Shown here: positions 28,952 through 39,314 of the stretch, one piece after another
Numbering within the stretch: position 1 is the first letter of the stretch
Layout of the letters: each line of letters opens with the position of its first letter
Virus record (IMG/VR): IMGVR_UViG_3300033149_002975
Coordinates: 1 to 64,000 of that record
Length of the DNA stretch: 64,000 bases
Origin: a virus
Direction: 5' to 3' (one strand)
Translations under genes and position numbers: made by a program
The notes under the pieces: generated by a model
Seen by the model: only the letters and a program-made list of their open reading frames with translations
Database searches by the model: none
What the model was told of the DNA's origin: nothing

Positions 28952-29346
28952 TACGATTCTCCTTTTATATCTATTGTATGCTTATAAATCCCTTGGTGTC
29001 CCTTGATAATAAATGCAATTTCTATCGATACCGAATTCATATCTGGATCTGAATAAAAATTCAATTCATTTACTATTACCCTATTTTCCCATCTTTCTAT
29101 ATTCTTTTTTAACTGTCTTGATAAAAAGTTCATCATTGTGCTGTTTGTATTCTCAAAAAGCACAGTTTTAAGATTGGAACCAAATTCTGGACGCATAACA
29201 CGTTCACCAAAGGAAGTTCTAAGTATATTATCAATAGACGTTATTACCGAATCCACATTAATGGCTATTTTTATATCGCCAAGAGCATCAGCCGTTATCT
29301 CGTGATATATGTCCGACCAAATTTTTGTTATTCTTCTGTTATCCAT
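28951..29346 (-). CDS. Baseplate gp25/GPW-like protein
   Basis: NILRTSFGERVMRPEFGS, WENRV. Confidence 0.85.
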   Translation of the reverse strand: MDNRRITKIWSDIYHEITADALGDIKIAINVDSVITSIDNILRTSFGERVMRPEFGSNLKTVLFENTNSTMMNFLSRQLKKNIERWENRVIVNELNFYSDPDMNSVSIEIAFIIKGHQGIYKHTIDIKGES

Positions 29347-29347
29347 A

Positions 29348-29680
29348 TTATTCCACATAAACCGATCTATTTGGGGGATCAATTAATGCTCCACAACCAG
29401 CCATAGCACCCCTGGTCAATATTAATTTACCATTGTGAAAAGTTGATACAATAACAGCGGAAATTGGAGTAACTCCGTGTCCTTCAATTGGACAGGAATG
29501 TAAGGCGTCCTCAACTGCAACCAATTCACCGAACGCCTTTAGTGTTCCGTCCTGATTACTTGATATAATTACACCACCATGTGAACTTCTATCACCAACT
29601 ACCGCAATTTGTCGTTTGTTACCAGTTTTTATTATAAATCCGGTAGAACCAAATTCCGAACACCCAAAGCTGCCAAGCAT
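29348..29680 (-). CDS. PAAR-like spike tip protein
   Basis: GDRSSHGG, D.LHSCPIEGHG, AGCGA. Confidence 0.8.
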   Translation of the reverse strand: MLGSFGCSEFGSTGFIIKTGNKRQIAVVGDRSSHGGVIISSNQDGTLKAFGELVAVEDALHSCPIEGHGVTPISAVIVSTFHNGKLILTRGAMAGCGALIDPPNRSVYVE

Positions 29681-29706
29681 TTAATTCCTCATCTAAAATT
29701 TATTTT

Positions 29707-29880
29707 CTATTTGGATTCCCATTGATATCCACAAGTACTCCACTCTTCAATACATTGTTTCTCTATATGCATTGAATTCCCAATGATATCCACGGGTAGT
29801 GGATAAATAGCTGGAAAGTTACTTTTGAACTTCTCCGTCTCCGCCGCAGGTATTGTAATTGTAATTCTAATATCTTTCAT
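29707..29880 (-). CDS. Small hypothetical protein, diverged paralog of 29901-30104
   Basis: ITI......F...F..IYP.P pattern shared. Confidence 0.35.
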   Translation of the reverse strand: MKDIRITITIPAAETEKFKSNFPAIYPLPVDIIGNSMHIEKQCIEEWSTCGYQWESK

Positions 29881-29900
29881 AATTTTTAACTGTTTTTTCT

Positions 29901-30104
29901 TCAATATAATATATCTTCAGAAATAATTCCTTCCTTGATAATTTCCACTTTACCAGTTCTATAGGCATTTTTCAATTTGTGAATAATCCAAGATTTTACC
30001 CAATGTTCAAAAGACACGCTTTTCGGTTTTGGATACAATTTTAGAAATGCTTCTCTAAAATCGTCCACTTTCGAATCATTTAATTCTATTGTTATCTGTG
30101 CCAT
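29901..30104 (-). CDS. Small hypothetical protein (possible fibre chaperone)
   Basis: AGGAG RBS; directly after the long fibre gene. Confidence 0.55.
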   Translation of the reverse strand: MAQITIELNDSKVDDFREAFLKLYPKPKSVSFEHWVKSWIIHKLKNAYRTGKVEIIKEGIISEDILY

Positions 30105-30113
30105 TTTTTCTCC

Positions 30114-33100
30114 TTACGCCGCAATCGGCTCACCTAATTTATTAGAAGTAAAAGTCATACATATTCCGTGCAATTCGACAGTATCGCCATTGATTGTATC
30201 CGCCGCCAAGTCAGCCCTTCTTTTAATCCTCAAATGCAGGCAGACATCAGTTGCACTGGGGGCAGATATTGGAAATGTCGATAAGACAAATCCATTTGCC
30301 GTTGCGCTGGAAATCGAGACGTCTGCATCAGTACTGCTTAACAGGGTATCATCCGGCGCTGCCGGAGTTGTGTCCTCATTTACCGACCGCCACAGATATT
30401 CAATTTGCCACTCACAAAATTTTTCTGTTGTCGCCGAACTCCAACCTATCGTTATCGAAGGAGCTTCCGACCTGTCCATTTTATAAGGAATTCTCATATT
30501 GGCTACAATAGTATCATCAGTGGCATCTGAAAACTCCCATGCACCCGAATATCCGTGGTCAACAAAAGTAGCGGATTTTGTGGGCGGTGCTTTCATCCCT
30601 TCCGCCCCTATCCAAAGCGTGTTTGTCGTCCTCGCCGTGCCGTGCAGGGTTTGTATGCCATCGGTTGCGAATTGAGTGTAATTAGTAGTACTATCACCAA
30701 ATTTTGAAACGCTTCCTGTTACGTCTAAACCACCCTTGCATTGAGTTACTCCTGCCGCAGTAAGTCTAAATTTTTCAGTAAATGAACCGGCATTATTTGT
30801 ATAAATGAATAAATCTCCCTTTGCATTAACTGTTGAATCATCCGTTTTTTGTACAGCTATTTCAACGAGTCTTTTTTCTGATGACGATAAACTTGTGCAT
30901 ATAAAATCTATAATTCCAGGAAATGCACTATACCCCGTATCAGTATTACTTAGAATAAATTGTGCAACGGAAGTTCCTTCTTTATGAATTTGAAATCTTG
31001 TTGGAGATCCACCAACTCCACCACCAACAATACTTGAAATACCAATTCCTACGTTACAACCGGCCACCAACAATTCATCTGACGTATCATTGAAAGTTAT
31101 TAAGGGGCCTGCAGCTTGTCCTATTGTTGAACCGTCTGCTAATATTATATCATGGGCAGTTAAAGTTCCGTCTATCTCAACATTATAAAGAAAATGAGCC
31201 AATCCTGCTTTATCAATTCTTAATCGTTCAAGTATGGTTCCTGTTGAATTCGTTGTATAAAAAGAAAATCTTGATGGTACTCTTGCTAATCCTGTTGGGT
31301 CTCCATCACAAACTGCATTTAAAGAAGCCGAATTCTGAAAACCACCATTAACATAACCAGAAAATCCAAATACACCCAAATCATCACCAACTTGTACATT
31401 TAATTTTGAGGCAACAGTACCTCTTGACTTACCGAGACTCAAAACATTGGTATAAGTATCATTAGAAGAACGAGTAATTAAAAATACCTGATTTTCGGGA
31501 TTAAATCCGGATTCATTATGCACTTCAAGAAGATCAGTAAGCGTAATTCCGTTAGTAACTAATCTTCCTGCAATGTTGGTATTTCCATTCACATCCAAAA
31601 TTGCAGATGGTGATGTTGTTCCTATACCAACATTACCACCATTTGGATTTAATTGTATATTTCCGTATCCGGCGTCTATATGCCCGCTTCCTGTCACACC
31701 ACCACTTATAATCGCATCTTCACCTTTTTGTGCTTCAGTTGTAACTTCTTTAACAGATATGGTTTCAATTAAACACCCATTTCCGTTTGAATATATTATC
31801 AACTCATCTGTATTTGAAGCAGTTACATACCAAGTCTTTGTTCCGGAAGATGTCCAATTCTGGGATGTTTGCCCACCGAAAGTCGCGTAGGTTGTTCCAA
31901 CTGTTCCACTCATCTTTATTCTTATTCTATATTCTTTTGACACAGTTGGATTGAATGGAGTATCTTCGGTTAAGCTATCGTTTGACGTTCCCGTATGCTT
32001 CTTGGCAAGAACTGTTGGTGGACAAGTTGGAGGACAATTTGAATAATCCGTCCAGTTCGTCCCTGACCAATCACCATAACCACCAACATTTTCAGAACCA
32101 AGACTCTCATCCGCACCTTGTCCTGATGTAATGGTTATATCATTTTCTTGACTCGCCACAAAATCTATAGCTCCACCACTAACGTTTATCCCACCATTTA
32201 GATCTGTAGCACCGTCTACCCTAAAATCATCATCAACAGTTAGATTGTCCCGTATTATCACGTTTGTCCCAGAATTAATAGTGAAAGTATCCCCGTGTGT
32301 GTAAAGGTCCAGATTTCCAGTTGAACTATTAAAAAAGTAAGTAGCGTTGCTGTTATCATATTGGGCAAAATACAACCATTGATTTGTACCTTTGACATAC
32401 AAAAGTCCTCCCCCTAGAGCAAAAGCAGATGTAGTTGTTTCTGCCTCATCAGAGTACAAGAAGATAGTACCTATATCATCTGCTGCTGCCGTATTCTTAA
32501 ACTTAAAATGATAACCAGAAGCATCACCTATTTTTGTATCCCAGCCAAACGCCCCCTTTCCTGTGGTAATAAAATCACCACTGCCGGAAAAATCATTATT
32601 GCCAAAACTGTAATCTGCTTTATCATTGAAATCATTCCAATCAATAGAAGAAAGATACCCATCTGCTGCTGCACCGGCCTGTGAAATGGTTATAACATCC
32701 CCGGAATTTCTATAGAGTGGAGCGTCAAATGTTAGAACATCTTCTTTTGTATTAAGCACATTCTGTAAATCTGTTTGATCAGAAAGCGTGCCGGTTATAC
32801 TGCCCCAAACAGCACTTGTTGGTAAATCGAAGAAACCCTTGGTTCCACCACTGTCAGTACCATAGTATTTATTATTACCCGGTGCGTCAGAATCGTTGAC
32901 AAGATTAACAGTGTTTGTAGAACGAGAAAGCGAATGTTGAAAGGTTAGAGGGGTTTCATAATCAGTACCAGCAGAAGCTACACTAACTGCACCGTTATTA
33001 CCCTTTAGAATACCGGAAAGATTTCCGATTGTTACATTTCCAGCAGTTATCAGCCCTGTTGTTGTAAGATTATTATCAACAAGAGTTATTTCACCGGTGT

Positions 33101-34061
33101 AAGCGGTTATAATTAAGTCACTGTCAAGAATTGAAGATATTGTAATAGCTGATAAACTCTCTGAAGCTATTATACCTTGTGCGAAAACCGTATTAGCAGA
33201 TAAAGTACTGTTGATTGTAACAGTGCTTCCCTGCATACTAATTGTTGCGCTACCCCCGGCTGTCGTTGAAATTGTGTTACCATCCAACCGGATACTATCA
33301 ACATCAAGCCGAGCAAATGTCGGTGTCCCCGTGGTAGTTACATCTTGGTTTATGTATGTATGGCTTGCCCCGCTTTCAGATATATGTGCAAAAGCCAAAT
33401 CCCAGTTATCTGAGTTGTCCACTATCGCAGAATAATTACCAGCACCATCACATTTAATAATTCCATTAAGTGCATCTTCAGCTATCTTGTGTAAATAGGC
33501 TGAATTATAATTATTATGATCATATGTCAATTCGTGTGCATTTCTAGCCGTAGATCCCTTATCAATATTAATTAATGTTCTATCCGCGGATATGTCACCG
33601 CCACCGGATAAACCATCACCAGCAATAATTGAAACTAACGTATGATTTATGTGCTCATCGGCTAAAAAATTAATTAGTAAATCGTGATCAACTAAATCTG
33701 AGCCACCAATTTCATGTGTACTGGCGTGATTACCAATATTATGATTTATATCATCCAGTGATACCCCAGCGGTATAATGTAATCCACAACGACACCCAAT
33801 ATCGTGTGTAGTAGCTGCCGTATCTTCTTGTGCTCTTATTATATTATAAACATTTGGAACACCGGAATATATGGCGGTGACTATTTCGACATTTGGATCA
33901 TCTGCTGGGTCCGGATAATGAATGTGATCCCAAATAACCAATCTAAATTGTCCACTATCAGTCGGTAAAGTATGTCCAGAATTTACAGTTATCTGGGTGG
34001 ATGATTCAGTAATTCCGGAATTCAAATATCCTCTTGAAAAATTTTTTCTTAAAAAACTCAT
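30114..34061 (-). CDS. Long tail fibre protein (1315 aa)
   Basis: G/S/T-rich mosaic; RAQEDT, WGSITGTLSDQTDLQ, GNVGIGTTSP, ERLRID. Confidence 0.75.
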   Translation of the reverse strand: MSFLRKNFSRGYLNSGITESSTQITVNSGHTLPTDSGQFRLVIWDHIHYPDPADDPNVEIVTAIYSGVPNVYNIIRAQEDTAATTHDIGCRCGLHYTAGVSLDDINHNIGNHASTHEIGGSDLVDHDLLINFLADEHINHTLVSIIAGDGLSGGGDISADRTLINIDKGSTARNAHELTYDHNNYNSAYLHKIAEDALNGIIKCDGAGNYSAIVDNSDNWDLAFAHISESGASHTYINQDVTTTGTPTFARLDVDSIRLDGNTISTTAGGSATISMQGSTVTINSTLSANTVFAQGIIASESLSAITISSILDSDLIITAYTGEITLVDNNLTTTGLITAGNVTIGNLSGILKGNNGAVSVASAGTDYETPLTFQHSLSRSTNTVNLVNDSDAPGNNKYYGTDSGGTKGFFDLPTSAVWGSITGTLSDQTDLQNVLNTKEDVLTFDAPLYRNSGDVITISQAGAAADGYLSSIDWNDFNDKADYSFGNNDFSGSGDFITTGKGAFGWDTKIGDASGYHFKFKNTAAADDIGTIFLYSDEAETTTSAFALGGGLLYVKGTNQWLYFAQYDNSNATYFFNSSTGNLDLYTHGDTFTINSGTNVIIRDNLTVDDDFRVDGATDLNGGINVSGGAIDFVASQENDITITSGQGADESLGSENVGGYGDWSGTNWTDYSNCPPTCPPTVLAKKHTGTSNDSLTEDTPFNPTVSKEYRIRIKMSGTVGTTYATFGGQTSQNWTSSGTKTWYVTASNTDELIIYSNGNGCLIETISVKEVTTEAQKGEDAIISGGVTGSGHIDAGYGNIQLNPNGGNVGIGTTSPSAILDVNGNTNIAGRLVTNGITLTDLLEVHNESGFNPENQVFLITRSSNDTYTNVLSLGKSRGTVASKLNVQVGDDLGVFGFSGYVNGGFQNSASLNAVCDGDPTGLARVPSRFSFYTTNSTGTILERLRIDKAGLAHFLYNVEIDGTLTAHDIILADGSTIGQAAGPLITFNDTSDELLVAGCNVGIGISSIVGGGVGGSPTRFQIHKEGTSVAQFILSNTDTGYSAFPGIIDFICTSLSSSEKRLVEIAVQKTDDSTVNAKGDLFIYTNNAGSFTEKFRLTAAGVTQCKGGLDVTGSVSKFGDSTTNYTQFATDGIQTLHGTARTTNTLWIGAEGMKAPPTKSATFVDHGYSGAWEFSDATDDTIVANMRIPYKMDRSEAPSITIGWSSATTEKFCEWQIEYLWRSVNEDTTPAAPDDTLLSSTDADVSISSATANGFVLSTFPISAPSATDVCLHLRIKRRADLAADTINGDTVELHGICMTFTSNKLGEPIAA

Positions 34062-34065
34062 TTAC

Positions 34066-34119
34066 ATTTCCCGAATACGTCCCAATGTATTTCCCATGAC
34101 TGGTGTTGTGTTGGGATAC
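34066..34119. repeat. Diverged third copy of the dispersed element
   Basis: 41/54 ungapped identity to 11199-11252; fills the gap before the fibre ATG. Confidence 0.65.
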
Positions 34120-34601
34120 TAAGGATTTATGTTAACAATACTGCCTTTTATTGTTATATTCCCGGAAGCATCCATATTTATATAAGACCCCGACGGCTGC
34201 TTAATATTTATTTCACCGTTTGAATCATCAACGTATATTATTACTCCATTTGGAGTCTTTATTACCATTCTATTTGGATAATTAGTAATTCTCTCACTTG
34301 GTAAACCGTGAACACCATCGAGGGCCGATCCAATATATAATGGTTGATAAATATCGCCAGCTTCAAACATTACAAAAACTATAGAATCAACTTTTGGCAC
34401 AGAAAACATTCCAAACCCCAAACCGGCCCCAAACCCGGGTGGTTGCATTGGCACACACCACGGTAAATTATCAGCGTCTATACCATTGTAAATACCAAAC
34501 ACATTAACTTTTATTCGACCCAACATATTCGGATCGTTGTTATCAAGGACTATTCCCCTATATATTCCTTCATATCTTATCGAATCTTTACTAAAATCCA
34601 T
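34119..34601 (-). CDS. Baseplate spike (gp5 OB-fold/gpV-like), no lysozyme domain
   Basis: YRGIVLDNNDP..LGRIKV, LPW, P.V...V.V.FE.GD..P. Confidence 0.85.
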   Translation of the reverse strand: MDFSKDSIRYEGIYRGIVLDNNDPNMLGRIKVNVFGIYNGIDADNLPWCVPMQPPGFGAGLGFGMFSVPKVDSIVFVMFEAGDIYQPLYIGSALDGVHGLPSERITNYPNRMVIKTPNGVIIYVDDSNGEINIKQPSGSYINMDASGNITIKGSIVNINP

Positions 34602-34602
34602 A

Positions 34603-35778
34603 TTATTTTCTCTTGATATTAGTGGCCGGTATTAATGTATTAGGAACATCAGTATTTACACCAGCTCTGGTTAACAATAAATTGGTCATATATGAAGAAC
34701 CAAAAACATGTACAACTCTTTTAATCATCCATAAACCACTGTGTTGATAGAGGAATAATTTTCCCCTGACCAACGATTCACTAAATATCAACCTTATTAT
34801 GTCACCTGGTGATACGTTTTCCAATCCCCAAGTGGATATCCACATATTAATAAATCCGTTAATTCTTCTATTAAAACTCCCCCCGTTCTTGCCATGAAAA
34901 TTAGAAGTAAATAAATTGTTCCTTCCTAATTTGTGAATATATACACTATCATTTCGATTATCTTTATCAACAAGAAAATTTTTGGCCAACGACGGGCAGT
35001 CATTAATAACTATGGAATCATCAACGTATTCCCCGGAATTATAATTAAAATATCCAAATGACTGGGATCTTGCACCCAAATCCGATATTAACGGTGAATT
35101 ATCAAAAATTTTGTAATCAACAACCGGGTAAAAGTTCTCATACGGTTTTGGTCCCACGATAAAATTATATCTGGGTTCTGATGATAAAATTTCACTCAGA
35201 CTTTTAAATACCAATATTGGTTTGCCCTTAACATTTTTTATAAAACAATAATAACACAACTCACCATTTTTGCCTTCTATATTATCAATCAAATGTCTAA
35301 ATAATTTGGCATCGGTCCATCTAGTTTGGAGTATTGTTTTATCATAATTTAATGATTGGCCAATTTCAGTATTTAATATTTCTAAATCTTCGGAGGCTAT
35401 TAATTCTATGTTCTTTTTTATATTACCGGTGTGTGCCCTTCCATATGATTTGGTTAATAAATTTTTTACACTTAAAATTCCCTCGATAATATATATCTTA
35501 TTGGAATTTGGCTTTCTCCTTTTAACCATAAAATTCATTATATTTAAATTATTAAGATTCTCACCCCTTGAAAATTCAATTTTTATATTATTAGAATTTT
35601 TATCATATGGTATTATATCACCAAGAAGACCTGTGGCATCTTTAATCGATATTTTAAAAGTAGGAAGAAGTCTGTCAACATCCATTGTTATCGAGACTTC
35701 TTCCATCATCTGGGGCGATACGTAAGCTCCCACATCTCCCATACTTATATTAAGATAATAATTGCCTGTTACTAACAC
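34603..35778 (-). CDS. Baseplate hub (gp27-like)
   Basis: Size and position next to the spike; SGLWMIKRVVHVF. Confidence 0.6.
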   Translation of the reverse strand: MLVTGNYYLNISMGDVGAYVSPQMMEEVSITMDVDRLLPTFKISIKDATGLLGDIIPYDKNSNNIKIEFSRGENLNNLNIMNFMVKRRKPNSNKIYIIEGILSVKNLLTKSYGRAHTGNIKKNIELIASEDLEILNTEIGQSLNYDKTILQTRWTDAKLFRHLIDNIEGKNGELCYYCFIKNVKGKPILVFKSLSEILSSEPRYNFIVGPKPYENFYPVVDYKIFDNSPLISDLGARSQSFGYFNYNSGEYVDDSIVINDCPSLAKNFLVDKDNRNDSVYIHKLGRNNLFTSNFHGKNGGSFNRRINGFINMWISTWGLENVSPGDIIRLIFSESLVRGKLFLYQHSGLWMIKRVVHVFGSSYMTNLLLTRAGVNTDVPNTLIPATNIKRK

Positions 35779-35782
35779 TGAA

Positions 35783-36088
35783 TTATATAATCCTATATTT
35801 TTCTTGAAAACTATAAATATCTAATTTGTTTGGTACCACCAATATCTGTCCATTGATTAAATCCAACAATGGATTATCCACACCATTTACCAACATCAAT
35901 ATCCACCAGAATTCTACAGAACCATAACATTTGTAGCTTATTATATCAGGTCGCATGAGATCGGAATTTGTTACCCTATAATATTGTGGCTCATAAATCA
36001 TTGGAAAATCCGATAAAGGATTATGTAAAAAATCCAATTCGGTATTGTTATCAACTACAACTTTTGTATAAAAATTTGATCTATTCAT
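35783..36088 (-). CDS. Baseplate wedge gp53-like (LysM-like)
   Basis: RPDIISYKCYGSVEFWWILMLVNG. Confidence 0.8.
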   Translation of the reverse strand: MNRSNFYTKVVVDNNTELDFLHNPLSDFPMIYEPQYYRVTNSDLMRPDIISYKCYGSVEFWWILMLVNGVDNPLLDLINGQILVVPNKLDIYSFQEKYRII

Positions 36089-36101
36089 ATTTGTACAACA
36101 A

Positions 36102-36956
36102 TTATTTTAGATTATGAAATTTTTGAGCTTTTGCCCACGTGGCTTTATCAAAAGCTTTTTCCAACCCTTGAACTGTCATCATTTCATACGTTTCAAAAAC
36201 TATATCAACCTCGGCCTTAACGGGATTGCCGGTTGGATCTGACATATTAAAAATGGTTGGTGTAACTTCCTGAACAATAACATTATCAAACGTCAATAAT
36301 CTACCCCATTCAACCATTATTACATCACCACCATCTGCCCCTTCTACAATGTCATTTATAGCTTTAAAACCTTCAAGGTCCACTAGACCCCGAACAGAAA
36401 ATGGTGTAGGCCCCGGCGGTATCAAAAGTGGAATGGTGCTTAATGCTTCCCGCAATTCAGATGCATTTAAATCTTTCATTGATTTAAGTGCCCCATTTAC
36501 ATCAAATCCCCTACCATCAGATGGATCACTTGGTAAAGCTATCGACTGCAACAACCTTATTGGTTCAGTAACTTCCATAAATGAATCTTTTACCGATTGA
36601 AATTTTAGATGTATTGACAAAGTCATAGGCGATGATCCGGTCCAAACTCTTCTACTGGTAGCTTTAGTTATTAATGATCTTCTACCACCAGTAATTGTCT
36701 GCATTAATATATTTCCAAGTGATGATGTTGGAACAAACGGCTCCCACTTGGATGTAGATTTCATTTTAATTGAATCTTGAATAGGAGATATTATGGTACA
36801 ATTATTTCTTATGCTGGTTATTTTTATAAGATAATCGGGTGGTAAAGCTTTTCCATCCGGGTTGATATATCCATATTCAATAATGCCGGTATTTTTTTCC
36901 TGATCAACAGATCTTAAATTACTATTAAATGTCGTTGTATGTATTAATTCTTTCAT
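36102..36956 (-). CDS. Tail tube initiator/baseplate-tube cap (gp48-like)
   Basis: Position after the tape measure; G.PVKAEVDIVFET. Confidence 0.5.
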   Translation of the reverse strand: MKELIHTTTFNSNLRSVDQEKNTGIIEYGYINPDGKALPPDYLIKITSIRNNCTIISPIQDSIKMKSTSKWEPFVPTSSLGNILMQTITGGRRSLITKATSRRVWTGSSPMTLSIHLKFQSVKDSFMEVTEPIRLLQSIALPSDPSDGRGFDVNGALKSMKDLNASELREALSTIPLLIPPGPTPFSVRGLVDLEGFKAINDIVEGADGGDVIMVEWGRLLTFDNVIVQEVTPTIFNMSDPTGNPVKAEVDIVFETYEMMTVQGLEKAFDKATWAKAQKFHNLK

Positions 36957-38428
36957 TACTCACCCAATGTTAAATTCCCGGCCGCGTGTAAATTTATAAG
37001 CGGATCCGCCGAATCATAAACACCCGTATTTGGAATTCTAATATTTGGCAATTCCTTGTCTTTTCTAACGCTTTCTGACAATTCATTAATTGCATCATAT
37101 AATTTATCAGCATTTTTTGATTCAATAACATTACTACGCAATGCTGGCTGTGGGGATATTGAAGACCTATCAATATCTTTTGTGGCCGGTTTTATCGTTC
37201 TTGGTTTTGGTGTTTCCAAAAATTCGGAAGACATCGCTGTGACTCCTGATCTCCAATTCTTGTATAATTTTTCTTCTGGGGTAGTTAATCCTTCTTCATA
37301 TGCTTCCTTTGATTTTAGCCAATCAGCACCTTCAGCCTTGAACAACGCGACCTTTTTTCTCCTTTTTTCTTCATCAGAAATTTTCATTTCATCTATCTGT
37401 GATATTTTTGTTCTTATATATTTGTCTCTACTTAAATCTTCTTTTATCTCTAATTTTTTAACGCTTTCTCCGGCTTCTTCCCTTACTTGTTTAAATTCCT
37501 TTATTGTATCAATTAATGTGGAAATTTTATCAGCAGTAAATGCAGTTGCAATGGCAACTCCACCAAGTTTCAAACCTAAAGACCCAAGTCCACCGGTTTG
37601 TGTAGTCCCCGTTTCGGAAACTTTATGTAATAACTCTTTGGTCCATTTAGCTTTATACGCAGTTTTATTAAAAAAGTTAAATAATGAAGCAACAATTACG
37701 TCATTATCACGTGCAATATCAACCGCCCCACTTATACCGGCTCCAGTACCGGATAAAACACCGGCCGTTGTTAAATTCGATGAATCACCAACATATCCAG
37801 ACGGTTGTAAATTCTTAATAGATTTTTCAATAGACGCTTCGCGTCTTCCTTTAATAATACCACGAACATCTTTAAAAACACCGGTGGCTACATCAAAAAG
37901 TTGAGAAAATGGACCAAATGCCGCACCTTTCACACCACGCAAAATTTCCGATGCCAATTGGTGCGTCCTTGGCATGGTTTTTGATAATGGTTCACGTGGT
38001 GTTTTTTGTGCAATGGCCAAACTTTCCTTTATCACGGAATCCGTTATATTTAAATCCTGAGATGAAATTCCTGTTTCATCGGTGACTTTTTCTACGCGAT
38101 CTTTTAAAGCTTTTGTGTTTTTTATCTCCTCAATAAATACTTCTTTACTCTCATTTATTTCATTAATTTCCGCCAACAATTTGTCTGCATCTTTTTTACT
38201 TATGGAACCAAACATCGCTATGTTGTTTATGGTGGTTATTGCTCGACGTATTTTACCAATAATATAATTTAATTCATTCTTCCTTTCACCTTTTTTATAT
38301 AATTTATATAGTCCATTAAAAAACCTCAGATAATCCCTTTCCAGTTTTCTGCCAATAGCAATTATTGATTGCACATTAACATTACCAAAACTAAAAGAAT
38401 CTTTTTTGTGCCTAAAAAATCTATCCAT
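36956..38428 (-). CDS. Putative tape measure protein
   Basis: 490 aa helical protein with Gly/Ala hydrophobic patches, between chaperones and baseplate genes. Confidence 0.55.
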   Translation of the reverse strand: MDRFFRHKKDSFSFGNVNVQSIIAIGRKLERDYLRFFNGLYKLYKKGERKNELNYIIGKIRRAITTINNIAMFGSISKKDADKLLAEINEINESKEVFIEEIKNTKALKDRVEKVTDETGISSQDLNITDSVIKESLAIAQKTPREPLSKTMPRTHQLASEILRGVKGAAFGPFSQLFDVATGVFKDVRGIIKGRREASIEKSIKNLQPSGYVGDSSNLTTAGVLSGTGAGISGAVDIARDNDVIVASLFNFFNKTAYKAKWTKELLHKVSETGTTQTGGLGSLGLKLGGVAIATAFTADKISTLIDTIKEFKQVREEAGESVKKLEIKEDLSRDKYIRTKISQIDEMKISDEEKRRKKVALFKAEGADWLKSKEAYEEGLTTPEEKLYKNWRSGVTAMSSEFLETPKPRTIKPATKDIDRSSISPQPALRSNVIESKNADKLYDAINELSESVRKDKELPNIRIPNTGVYDSADPLINLHAAGNLTLGE

Positions 38429-38595
38429 TATTCTTCACCGGTCGAGATTTGTTTTCTTTCATCCCGTTTTTCTTTAGCCAATCGATTATAAAACCATTCA
38501 ATTTTCCGTACATCCATATTTCTAATTTCCGCAATTGAAAAATTGGCATAGTATTTAAGTAGAAATTCCCTTTCCAAAATATCTTGTAAGCCCAT
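38428..38595 (-). CDS. gp51-like/tail assembly chaperone C-terminal part
   Basis: EFLLKYYANFSIAEIRNMDVRKIEWFYNRL; overlaps the upstream gene. Confidence 0.55.
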   Translation of the reverse strand: MGLQDILEREFLLKYYANFSIAEIRNMDVRKIEWFYNRLAKEKRDERKQISTGEE

Positions 38596-39286
38596 CACCC
38601 CTTGGATAAATGTAGTCAAATCGAAAGGGTACCAGTACGCGGTCCTCCTTTCCACATTTTGGACAAACGAACTTTGCATTCATATTTGGTCCGTGGTAAA
38701 ATTCCTCCTGGAAAGCCCTTATCGCTGTAACGTCATTTATTGGTCCGGAACTCAATTTTTCAATTCTTGATAAAACATTATCATCATCAACTATAGACCT
38801 CGCACACCTAAACAGCACACCATTACCGTTTTTTTCCTCAAATTTTTGTGCTTCTATTTCATCATTTATATTCAAAAGTCTCAAATTGACCAGTTTACCA
38901 CTTGGTAAAACTTTTTCGTATGGTTGTTTAAAATCAGCGGGGAGCGTTATAACATCCAATTCACCAAAATCAACAACGGCTTCAACTTCCGACAAACAGT
39001 ATGAACATTTCGTCAGAACCTTAACAATATTCGTATAGGATTTTGCATATTCCCAAACAATTATATATTGCAGGTCACCAATAGTTATATCTCCAGGATT
39101 AACACCAATTATCAAATCTTTTAAAATAGTTAGAAACTTCAATTCGAGATTTGACGGGTTTATTTCAGAAAGATATATTTCGTCTTTGCCTTGGTATGCC
39201 CTAATTTTTACATCTTCTGGTTTTGTGTCTTTATAAACAAGACATTTCGAAGGAAGACTTATTGGAAGGAAATTTTCTATATTCAT
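38555..39286 (-). CDS. gp26-like baseplate hub/tail assembly chaperone
   Basis: LPSK..Y, DE..L, GD..YI, two CxxC motifs, LPSGK.V.LRLL. Confidence 0.75.
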   Translation of the reverse strand: MNIENFLPISLPSKCLVYKDTKPEDVKIRAYQGKDEIYLSEINPSNLELKFLTILKDLIIGVNPGDITIGDLQYIIVWEYAKSYTNIVKVLTKCSYCLSEVEAVVDFGELDVITLPADFKQPYEKVLPSGKLVNLRLLNINDEIEAQKFEEKNGNGVLFRCARSIVDDDNVLSRIEKLSSGPINDVTAIRAFQEEFYHGPNMNAKFVCPKCGKEDRVLVPFRFDYIYPRGDGLTRYFGKGIST

Positions 39287-39314
39287 TCTATCACCCCTTT
39301 AAATATATTATTAA

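Noticed and set aside
37056-37904. 282 aa plus-strand ORF (also 55623-56231 and 59618-60046)
   Set aside because: S/F/L-rich antisense shadows of K/E-rich minus-strand genes
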